DNA from: Selaginella moellendorffii
Taxonomy: Eukaryota; Plantae; Lycopodiophyta
Direction of reading: 5' to 3'
Length of the DNA: 64,000 bases
Assembly (NCBI RefSeq): GCF_000143415.4
Contig: NW_003314267.1
Span: 1,247,309-1,311,308, forward strand
In this document: positions 48,236-59,909 of the stretch, one piece after another
How positions within the stretch are numbered: the first letter of the stretch is position 1
How the letters are laid out: the number at the start of each line of letters is the position of its first letter
Notes under the pieces: generated by a model
Database searches by the model: none
Told to the model about the DNA's origin: nothing
What the model saw: only the letters and a program-made list of their open reading frames with translations
Position numbers and translations under genes: made by a program

Positions 48236-49246
48236 CTCTCGGATGATTTGATCGCAAACATACTGGAGGGAATAGAGCCACACTTCATCCTGAAAAAGAA
48301 AGAGAAAAAGTATGCTGGCTATTCTCTCGTCTGCAAGAGATGGAGCAGAGTCGGTAGGGATATCGGAGCTCTATCAGTGAAATCAAACTGGTGGAAAACG
48401 GCGGCAGGATTCCAGGAGCATCGGGATCAAGTCGTTCGAAGGCTCTTCGTCACGGTCAATCCTTTCGAGCCCAAGCCTTCTCAGGACCGTCGTTGCTTCT
48501 CTTGGCTTCGGAAAGTGGGCAGCACACTGGAGGAGCTGAGGATTAAGTATGATGGGATGTCACCACAGGTAGACTTGAACGACGTATCAACTTGTTCCAT
48601 GCTCAGACATCTCACCCTGGGTTGTAACGTCGTGGGGTCGATCCAAGTTGGGTTTTTCCCATGGCTCCGGAGCTGTGTTCTTGGAAGAGTGGATGCTTAC
48701 GTTTGTCAGCAGCTCTTGGATTCGAGTCCTGTTCTGGAGGAATTCGAAATCTCGAGAGTTGTAGTAAGGCGTCGTCGTACACAGCTGATCCAGAACCCCC
48801 TCAGATCGGTGAGCTTGAAATCCTTCAGGCTGCGTGGAATCCGTGGCCCTGATGAGTTGAAGCTGGACTTTCCCAATCTTGAGGCTGCTGAGGTCCTGTT
48901 ATGTTCTGCAAAGGTGGTGCTTCAAACTCCTGTGCTCAAACAGCTTAAATTGACCACGGATACCCGGGCAATGCTTAGATTCGAGCTCGAAACAAGCGAG
49001 CCTCTCCAGGAGCTGGAGGCTCCACTGGATTCCTTTAGGAGCATAGCTGCAACTTTGGATGCGATGCATTTGACAACGCTCACCCTTCGCTGCAGAGAAT
49101 CTGATAAACTCTTCGATTGGAAGGTGGTGTTCCCTACGGTGAAGAAAGTTGTCTTGATATGCCCAATTAAGTGGCCTGGTCGTGCTAAACTACATAGTTT
49201 GCGCAGAAACTTTCCAGCTCTTGGAGAAGTATCGTGTCTTAGATGA
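48236..49246 (+). CDS. F-box/LRR-like protein; start codon not found in frame
   Basis: LSDDLIANIL...YSLVCKRW F-box signature followed by degenerate LRRs (LEELRI, LRHLTL, LRSCVL, LEEFEI, LKSFRL). Confidence 0.75.
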   Translation, partial: LSDDLIANILEGIEPHFILKKKEKKYAGYSLVCKRWSRVGRDIGALSVKSNWWKTAAGFQEHRDQVVRRLFVTVNPFEPKPSQDRRCFSWLRKVGSTLEELRIKYDGMSPQVDLNDVSTCSMLRHLTLGCNVVGSIQVGFFPWLRSCVLGRVDAYVCQQLLDSSPVLEEFEISRVVVRRRRTQLIQNPLRSVSLKSFRLRGIRGPDELKLDFPNLEAAEVLLCSAKVVLQTPVLKQLKLTTDTRAMLRFELETSEPLQELEAPLDSFRSIAATLDAMHLTTLTLRCRESDKLFDWKVVFPTVKKVVLICPIKWPGRAKLHSLRRNFPALGEVSCLR

Positions 49247-49331
49247 TAGAATTGATATGCATAATCATATAATGATATAAAGGATATAAGCTCACCTTTA
49301 TACAACCTCTAAAGTTGATAGCCTATTTCCT

Positions 49332-51621
49332 CTATGCAGCACAAACTTCGTCCAGGCCTCTAGGAACACGATAGACACCGTCACACCGGTACTTGATATC
49401 CGAGCCTTCGAGCAAAAAAGGCTTGAGGAAGGCGTCCTGTGTGTCCTCCACGGGAGCGAGCTCCTGTTTAAGCCCGGCCTTCCTCGCCAGATCCTCTGGA
49501 GTTACCTCGGTGTGGAAGAGAGCCATCGCCAGGAAGTCCTTGCGCATCGATCTTCTGAGCTTCTCGACTTCGTGCTCCAGTGTGTTGCCGACGAGTAGCC
49601 TGTAGACGTAGACTTTCTTCTTCTGGCCGATTCTAAACGCGCGGCTCACCGCCTGCCTCACCGTGGAAGGATTCCAGGCCGTGTCGAGGACCACCACCCT
49701 GGAGCCACCGACGAGAGAGATGCCTTCGCCGCAAGCCTTGATGGAGACGAGGATCACCCGCGCCGTGCTGCTCTTGGAGTTGAAAGTGCTGCTTATGCGG
49801 ACCCTCTCGTTGGTTGCAGTCTCCCCGGACATGTAAAGGACCTCGTGAAGCTCCCTCCATCCCAGCCGCTCCATGATCATGTTCTTGAGAAGCTCAAGAG
49901 GCTGCCTGTACTGGCCGAAGATGATCAGCTTCTCCGGCTTGTTCCTGAGGAAGCGCAGGAGCTCCATCACGAAGGCAGTCTTGGCGCCCGCCTTTGGATC
50001 CTGCTGCTCGAGCTCAGGAGATTCCACGTCCACGGCAAAGCAAGGATGAACGCAAGCTCTCGCTAAGCGACTGTCCTCGGCCAGGAAGCCTTTCTTCTTT
50101 TCCTTGGTGTAGCTTTTGCCGGCGTTTAGAACGAGCGCCTTGTGAGCCTCGGTAAGATTTAGCGTCACCAGCACCTCCTCGATGCCCGGGAGACTGTCCA
50201 GAACTTTGCCACCGTGCCAGTGAAGAAACGGAGCCGTCAGCTTCCGAAAGAAACGAACCGCGGCGCCAAGGTTGTTCTCCAGCCGGTTCTCGATCATCTC
50301 CTTGAAGAAGTGCCTCTCTGCGTCGTCCTTGGAAGCGTCAAACTCGAAGCGTTCCAGCACCGGTGTCAGGAAACTTGGCCGGCACAGTGTGAAGAGATTG
50401 TAGAGCTCGTCCAGGTTGTTTTGGAACACCGTCCCGGACAGGAAGATACGCCGAGGAGTTCTGACCGTCTTCAACGCTTCGGCGATCCTGGTGTTGTCAT
50501 TCCTTGCGTAGTGAGCTTCGTCAAACACCAGCACGTCGGCTGCCCGAGCTAGCAGCCAGCTTTCGTCGCCCTCTTCGCCCTGGCCGCCCGCCAGCTTCGA
50601 TGCCAGAAGCTGTGGAGTCATGATGAGAACGCTGCGCTCCGTGGCCCATTTGTAGACCTTGATGTCCGAGTCGCCGTCGAGAATATAAACTGGTAGACTC
50701 GCGACCTCCCATTTGTGAAACTCCTCCTCCCAGCGAAGGAGCATTCCCTTTGGAGCGAGGATCATAGCTCTGGCCGACTGGAAGTTGGCGAAGAAGCTAG
50801 TGAGGAAGCTGATGACGAGAAACGTCTTGCCTGTTCCGGGGGCATGGTGGAGAATGACACCCCCGGGCTCCTTTGAGAGCAAGTTGCGGCTGATGAAGAT
50901 AAACGCTTCCCTCTGGTGCGGATACATCCGGGCACTGTCCATTGGATGCGGGACGAGATCCACGGTCACGTCGCCGAAGTTGAGCGTGGACTTCCATGCG
51001 TAGTCCTCGTGGAGCTTTAGTTTTTTAGTTGCCGGTCTAGAGCTCGCTTTCCTTGCTGGGACTGGAATCTGAAGAGTAGAGAAAAGAAAGTCAAGGAGAG
51101 ACAAGAAAGAAACGAAATGATGCTCACGTCGAAGACGTCGGACACCAGCTTCACAACTCGCCCACAAATCTCGCACACCTTTCCACAATCCTCCCGGAAA
51201 ACAAACTCGTGATCGCAGCTGTCGATGAGAACATCGATGTCTTTGAACTTGATGAGATCCGGCACCTATACACGATCAAAGAACGCAAAGCTCCTCAGGA
51301 AAGAAGAGACAAGAACAATTTTTTTACCCTTCGTCGCTCGGCCTCAATCTCGGCATCCCAATCATGCCAGATCGCAGCGAGCTTGTCCTCGTTCTCCAGC
51401 TTTTCGTGATCAAAATCAAAATCCCAGCTTCTGGAGTCCTCGAGGCATGGATAGATCTCGTCCCCATCGTCATCCTCCTCCTCCTCCTCCTCCACGGCCC
51501 TCCTCTTACCCGCATTTGGAGCCGGATTCTTCCGCGTCGACTCCTTGCGCTGCCATCGCTTCTCCTTGGCGATCAATCTATCCCAATCAATCGCCCTCTC
51601 ATCGCCTTCTTCCACCAGCAT
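49332..51621 (-). CDS. CLASSY/DRD1-family SNF2 chromatin remodeller (RdDM-type), three exons
   Basis: CDHEF...GKVCEICG zinc motif, MYPHQREAF, HAPGTGKT, FDEAH..RN, LSGTVFQNN, SIKACGEGISLVG.SRVV.LD..WNPS..RQA.SRAFRIGQKK. Confidence 0.93.
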
Positions 51622-51703
51622 TGTCGCGCGGCGAAGACAAAACCCTACCTAGACCCTGAAGAAGATTTATGGGAAGCACAGTATGGAAGTATGATTTAAA
51701 AGC

Positions 51704-53007
51704 TCACTTGAGATACTTGGAGAACCACGCTTCGAAGCGTGCCCAAGCCTTTTCCACGGCCTCATTGTCATGGTCCGCGAATCCACACTCTTTCTTGCGC
51801 TTCACAGCTTCGTCCGAGCTATTCATGAAGGCGTGGCCGTTGTTTGGATAGATTATCACCTCCGAATCTACTCCAGCCGCCTCCAAATTCTTCTCCAGAG
51901 CTTTTGCTGCCTGGAAGAACGCAGCAAAGATGAGAAATGCTAATGCTTCATGAGAAAAGCCCGCAAGAAAAAAGATCAAGCCATGAGAATGACAAAGAGA
52001 AACGATGTGTGACAATGCAAGTAAGCTTATGACCAGTTCCAAAAAACTTAAGCTTGAGGGCAGGCACCAAACGATCAAGCACTGGAATGGAAATTTGCTT
52101 ACCGCAACATCGGAAAAGCCTGCCATTTGATCGAGCTCCCCGAAGTGAGCTTGAACTGGTATCTTCAACTTGGAGGTGTCGGCGAGGTCGGGCGATGGCG
52201 TCCCGTAAAAGGCCACCACGGCACTCACATCCGGGACGAGAACGCCAGCAGCCAGGGACAATGCTCCTCCCATGCAAAAACCTGTCACTCCAACCTGCAA
52301 AGTTCATTAGAAACATCAATCTCTCATCAAGGCAGGAAACTCTAAACGACAACGATCGAGCAAGCATTGAAGAAACAAAAAAGCTTGGATCAATCGATCA
52401 AGCATTTGGAAGAACAGAAAAAACTTGGATCAATCGAGCAAGCATTTGGAAGAACCATAAAAACTTGGAAGAAGTACCTTCTTTGATCCGTGCTCCTTAA
52501 GCCACTTCACTGACGCAGCCACGTCTTTCACAGCCCCAGGCCAGTCCAGCGATTCCATAAGATGCTGTGCTTCGGCAGCGTCCAATCCAATCTTGCCACG
52601 AAACAAGCTACGAGGCAAAAGAAAGAGGAAAAAGTCCAACAAACGGGCATTGAATGGAGCGCTTACTCTGGTATGAGCGATCGAAATCCCTTGCTAGCGA
52701 TCGTTTGCGCGTGATTTTTGACCTCATAATCGACACCCCACCACTCCTGGAGCACAACCACGCCCGGCGCGCCTTCTTCCCCCACAATGTATGCATCAAA
52801 CGTCTGGAATTCGAGCGAGATTTCATCGATCCAAGAAGCAAATGGGAAAATACTCACAAAGTCGTCGCCGTTGCCGCGATGGATCTGCACTTTCTGGAAT
52901 GCGGAGCTCGCCATTGCTCGGAATCGCGGCCTCAGCGATGGAATGGAACGAATCCTCGCGGCAGCGCTCCCCACTGCTCTCCAGCTACGCAAATAAGCCA
53001 CGCTCAT
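51704..53007 (-). CDS. Dienelactone hydrolase family protein (carboxymethylenebutenolidase-like), with transit-peptide-like N-terminus
   Basis: VVLQEWWG, GVTGFCMGG nucleophile elbow, FYG, HFGELD and GHAFMN. Confidence 0.95.
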
Positions 53008-53085
53008 GATGAAGAGCCCTAGATACTTGGCAACTGAGTTCTTGCTAATGTGTCGTATAAATCTGTGTGAAAAGTTTACACAAGT

Positions 53086-53159
53086 GGTTTCATGGTGTAG
53101 TTGGTCATCACGTCAGTCTAACACACTGAAGGTCTCCAGTTCGAACCTGGATGAAGCCA
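53086..53159 (+). tRNA. tRNA-Val(AAC)
   Basis: GGTTTCATGGTGTAGTTGGTCATCACGTCAGTCT-AAC-ACACTGAAGGTCTCCAGTTCGAACCTGGATGAAGCCA. Stems pair, with an upstream CAA and a downstream T-run. Confidence 0.95.
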
Positions 53160-53412
53160 CAGATAGTTTTTTTATATATATATATATATTTTTTCTTTTC
53201 ACGACCATTTTTTTTGACCATGAAGCTTACCAGCTCGTCAAACACAACGGCTGTGATTAGGCCATTGTCCCACTACAAAGGCGCTCAAGGCGCCACTGGC
53301 CTCGCCCTAGGTAGCGCGCGCGCGATCGATCGAGAGGTGAGATGGCGCCAGATTGGAGTTCTTGGCCATGGCGCCTGACGAAATCTCTTGTTTTCCAGGA
53401 ATCTAGAGCGCC

Positions 53413-55257
<1,845 letters not shown>

Positions 55258-55418
55258 AGACGTCGCATTTCATCGATGCTCTATAAGTATCAATTACATG
55301 TTGAGGATTAAATTAGTCTTAATATCCGATGGCCACCAATGTCCGGATCCGGCGGCCCAAAAGTTCAGCAACTCATGCCAAAAAGATATAGGTTTATTTT
55401 GTGCTCAAACTGAGAAGC

Positions 55419-55680
55419 ATGGGAATAGTGAGAGTTCTGAGAGATGACGGCAGTGAGATTTTCAAGATAGACACTAACTATGCATCTTATATCTTTGATT
55501 TCTTGGAGGACCATGGAATGAAGAAAAGCTCCTATGATCTTGTTAGAAAAGATGGGACACATATTACTAGGAGTTGCGACAGTGGCGATGTGTACCTAGT
55601 TCCCAAGCTGTCTCTTGCATGTCAGGCTGGAAACACAGCAGCGTGTGTGGCAGAAATCACTAGCTGTGCTAAAAAGATGG
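55419..55680 (+). CDS. Small unknown protein, tandem copy 1 (first exon; 3' structure unresolved)
   Basis: MGIVRVLRDDGSEIFKID...YDLVRKDG...GDVYLVPKLSLACQAGNTAACVAEITSC..KM|gtaagt, paralogous to 56232. Confidence 0.55.
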
Positions 55681-56231
55681 TAAGTCTGAAAAAGCTTTAA
55701 TCTTTTAGTGGTTTATATGCAAAATACTGCAGGAAATCTGGTTCAAGTCTATCGCTACAAACCGTTAGGTACAAAATCGAACAAGGCTGAAACTGGCTCT
55801 TCAATCTCTTCAATACTTGTTTGGTTTTTCACTTTAAGCTGTTGTAGTGAGTTCACTTTTTATGAAATCGATATAAACCATAGAATGGAAACTTTTTGCA
55901 CTTCAAGAAGGCTTTCGGACGTCGACAACGTCCAAGGTCTCCAAAGGACACTGCAAAGTCGAAAATTCCAAGCTGCCAAGCAGCGACGCTCTCGCCGAGT
56001 GTCTGTTCAAGACTCAAGCAGAGCTCCAGCTAAATAAATTTCTGTGCCCCGGGGTGAAGACATTCAGATGTAATCGATCTTCAGTTTCTGCGCAACTTCT
56101 TTTCTACAAATATAATTTTTTCTTTGACTCACGCAAGAGAAGAAACGGTGGCCAGGGATAAATCCGATGGCTGTTATTGGCCGGCCCAAGAAGGTAATTA
56201 TAGATAGAGTGTAGGGTTTTATTTTTAAAGG

Positions 56232-56498
56232 ATGGGTTTGGTGAGACTTATGAGAAATGATGGCACTGAGATTGCCAAGATGGAAGCGTATACTACATCT
56301 TGTATCATTGAATTCTTGGAGGACCATGGAATGAAGAATGTTAAAAGTTGCTATGATCTTGTTAGAAAGGATGGGACACATGTTCTTAGGGGCTGCAGCA
56401 GTGGCGATGTGTACCTAGTTCCCAAGCTGTCTCTTGCATGTCAGGCTGGAAACACAGCAGCATGTGTGGCAGAAATCACTAGCTGTGTTAAAAAGATG
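56232..56498 (+). CDS. Small unknown protein, tandem copy 2 (first exon; 3' structure unresolved)
   Basis: MGLVRLMRNDGTEIAKME...YDLVRKDG...GDVYLVPKLSLACQAGNTAACVAEITSC..KM|gtaagt. The only indel against copy 1 is frame-preserving. Confidence 0.55.
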
Positions 56499-57629
56499 GT
56501 AAGTCTAAAAAAGCTTTTATCTTTTAGTGGTTTATATGCAAAACACTGCAGGAAATCTGGGTCAAGTCTATGGCTGCAAATCGTTAGAGTCCAAAATCAT
56601 TTGAAGTTTGAACAAGGCTTTGGTTTTTCATTTTATCAACAAGCAAACAGTTTGATTCCATATTTTTAAAATCCTTTGCAGACAGAGAGAAATAGTTTCA
56701 GAGTATAGGAAAGAATGATCACATATAAATATTTTCACAGCCAGCACATCAACACAATATAAGCCACAGAACTGAAAAGTTTGTACACGTCAATAACGTC
56801 CCAGTTTCGCGCGACTGCAAAGTCTGAAGTTCCAGCTGCCAAGCAGCGTTGCTCGACGCCGCTGCTGCTGGAGTCGACTGCTCGAGAACCGCGGCGGGAG
56901 ATTGTATCTAGAGCCAGTTCTCGTCTCTGCCGGCATAAAATTTCGGAGCTGCTCGTCGCCAGGAGGTGTCCCGTCCTCGTCAGCCGGGCGATTGAGCTTA
57001 CGTACTTCTTGAGTCGCACTGGGGGAACTGATGGAGAAGAAGCAAGAGAAAATTATTTGCAGAGCACGCTCGGAAATCTATTGCGTACCACTGACTTACA
57101 AGCTCAGCTCCCCGTCGCACCGGTGGTGCCGGAGCTACCGCCGCCGTCGCCATCGCCTTCAGAAAATTCTTGGCGCCCCGGGAGAATTTAAATTCATGTC
57201 AAGATATTGATCTTCGGTTTCCCGCAATTTCTTTTCTACAAACACAGAAAGAGAAAGGAGGGGAAAAGCAGTGAAAAACATAGGGCTACGAGACGTGTAG
57301 TCATGCTTCCTCGTGGCTGGAGGAACCGGAGCTGGAGGATCCTCAGTCAGAGCTGGCGCTGCAATATTGTTACCTGGAGAAATTAGAGCTGGATTCCTCT
57401 TCTCCATCTCACTAATGGATCCAGCTTCCTCACCAGGTGAAGTGGAGAATCCTGCCCCTCGGGCGGCCAAAGTGCCCGAGGTGGCCCGCCCGAGCTTGAC
57501 CAGTTTGGATCCTTGAGCAATTGCAAGTAAGATTAGTGCAATCCTTGAAAATAAACAAGAAAAAATGTTGATAAATGTTTTATTAGCAAGGAAACTAGAG
57601 GGATGGTTTAAGCATGTGTCCCCAGCCCA

Positions 57630-58350
57630 CATATATTGTGTTTTGTATTTTTGCTTTCTTGTGTTTCTGAGAAGTAAGTGGATTTTCTAGATGAAGATTC
57701 CACTATTAATAGTTTTTGTAAATTAAATTTACCTTCTCTTAATGAGGTTTCTTGATAGGTTTGACAATACTATATTTTTTATTGCCATTTCAACTCAATA
57801 TCACATTGAGGACAACTTTTTTCAATTTGTGGATATTAATTTTGATAATTATATGTATATGATAATACCTTCAATCTTTATTCCACATTTTCTTCATGCT
57901 TATTATAACTCTTTTATTCTGGGATATCATTTTGTGATTGAGAAGTTATATAAGTTTTTTTATTAGCTAAAGATATAATATGATGTTGTATAGTTGCATT
58001 TAATGCTAAGTTAATAATACTCTACCTTATGTTGTAGAAGGATGACTAGAGTCAATTACAATTTTTTATAATTTTAAGTGAATGGTGTTTGATTTGATAG
58101 AACCTTTTTACAATTGATTATTATTAATGAGTATGCCATTATTGCTTTCAATTACTTACTTAGTAAGAGGAATTTAATGTTTTTACTAGTTTATTTATAA
58201 CTACTGTTAAATACTTCTTCTTTAATCAATTAATATCCACACTTTTATATTACCATCAAACTTTCAAACTTTCAATATTTAAATTAGAATGGTTAATTGC
58301 CATATCTTAAACATGTAATTTTGTTACTGCTTAATGGAGTGTGTTTACGT
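57630..58350. mobile_element. AT-rich, CpG-free decayed segment
   Basis: Very low GC, almost no CpG and no ORF. Adjoins the chromodomain relic. Confidence 0.4.
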
Positions 58351-58354
58351 TAAT

Positions 58355-58654
58355 AGAGAGCCCAAGTGGGAGGTGGAACAAGTGATTGATACTAAGATTG
58401 GGGCTACTACAGGTAAGAGAGAGTATCTAGTTCTTTGGATGGGATTTCCAGCTGCTTCTGCAACATGGGAGATATAAGAGAATCTGAAGAATGCTCTAGC
58501 AATGGTGGAAGAGTTTTGGACTAGGGCTATACGATGCCAGGCAGTCCAGTGTGTGAATCACGTCCCTCATAAGAGGAGCCCTAGCACAACTTTGGATGAA
58601 AGGTTGACCTACAAAAAAAAGAGAAAGAGAAGGTTGGTCACCCTGGCATCTTAG
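58355..58654 (+). pseudogene. Chromodomain relic with one in-frame stop
   Basis: WEVEQVIDTK......REYLVLWMGFPAASATWEI*ENLKNALAMVEEFW (TAA at 58475-58477), followed by KKKRKRR. Confidence 0.85.
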
Positions 58655-59074
58655 TGAATATAGCACTTGATTGCATCAGTGAATTCATTTTGATGATGAT
58701 ACCGTAGGATAGACATATGTAAATTTACTACCAAAAACCAAGATCACTTTGTGATAATTCTGTTATGCAATTTATATATTTCATAAGGACTTATGGTTGT
58801 TTTACCAAACCGTTAACAATTGTCGTCAGAGTGTCTTCACCAGCATCAATTTCCTCAAGAAGCAAAGAATCTGCATTCGGGTGCTTTTCAACTTTGACAA
58901 TCCTGCCCAACTCTGATATACTCTCCTAGTATCAGCAAGATTTAGATCCCAATCCAGATCACAAAGGCGACTCTCGTATATTCTTTGAGATTACATTCCT
59001 CTCTCTTTTATCTGCTTGGGAAGATGATAAGTCTTTCCAAAATCTGAAATTATATAAAGATCAAAAAATATATG

Positions 59075-59158
59075 TCCGATCTGCTGGAATCGAACCAGCG
59101 GCCTAAGGATTTCTGAGAATATTACAGTCCTCCGCTCTACCAACTGAGCTAAGATCGG
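59075..59158 (-). tRNA. tRNA-Tyr(GTA) with an 11-nt intron
   Basis: CCGATCTTAGCTCAGTTGGTAGAGCGGAGGACT-GTA-A[TATTCTCAGAA]ATCCTTAGGCCGCTGGTTCGATTCCAGCAGATCGGA, with an upstream CAA and a downstream T-run. Confidence 0.95.
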
Positions 59159-59257
59159 ATGCTTGAACAAGATTCTGACAAGAAGAAACTCGTCAGTTTT
59201 TGCGTGCTATGCCTTCACCAGTGACCAAATTGTAAACAACAAGATCTTTTAAAGCGA

Positions 59258-59288
59258 GATCCGCTGGAATCGAACCACTGACGTAAGG
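59258..59288 (-). pseudogene. 3'-half relic of tRNA-Tyr retaining the B box
   Basis: gatc.gctggaatcgaacca..g..taagg matches 59078-59108. Confidence 0.75.
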
Positions 59289-59396
59289 TAAGTTTAATTA
59301 ATTTAACAAAACGTGTTTATCAAAGAACTACCATCCCAATATAGAAACGCTTGCGCCTTTTCTATTCTTGGCAAGACGATGAGTTGCAGCTGCGGA

Positions 59397-59762
59397 TTAA
59401 GTCGTGCTCTTGGTGTTCTTGGGCGTGGCTTCGTCTCGATCGGGAAGATCTTCCAGCGAGCTCCACCATCCGCGATCCTCAAGCGATGCCGTGGGGACGC
59501 TGCGCAGCCGCTCCTCGCGGAGCTCCACCGTGTCGATTTGCCCTTCGTGGCCTTCGGGAATCCAAGTTCCAGTCACCGGATCGGGCCTCCACCATTGCTG
59601 CTTCTTTGCAGGCCCGCGAGCATCGTCTGCCGCCCCAGCGATGAATCGTGATCTTTGGCAGACAAGCAAAAGTTCGCTAGAAATTCTAGAATTTGATCGA
59701 TCTTACCGTGCGGGCGCGATCATTGCCAGTCTATGCGACACTTTGACACACTTCCCAGCCAT
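59397..59762 (-). CDS. LEA_3 (LEA5/SAG21-like) protein, two exons
   Basis: MAGKCVKVSHRLAMIAPAR|...WRPDPVTGTWIPEGHEGQIDTVELRE, the W-x-PDP-x-TG...ID-x-x-ELR motif. Confidence 0.9.
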
Positions 59763-59816
59763 AGAGACTAGTGGAAATAGAAGCGCCCTATTGTCACCCA
59801 TTTAAACGTCAACCTT

Positions 59817-59880
59817 ACACGTGGAAGCCTGCAATGTAAACACGTGTCAGAAATATTCGCAACGTGGCACCCCACGTGGC
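59817..59880. promoter_or_regulatory. Cluster of four G-box/ABRE elements in the LEA_3-PPR divergent promoter
   Basis: CACGTG at 59818 and 59841, ACGTGGC at 59862, CACGTGGC at 59873. Confidence 0.75.
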
Positions 59881-59909
59881 GAAGAATTAGGGCTCATGCC
59901 TCGCGCGCA

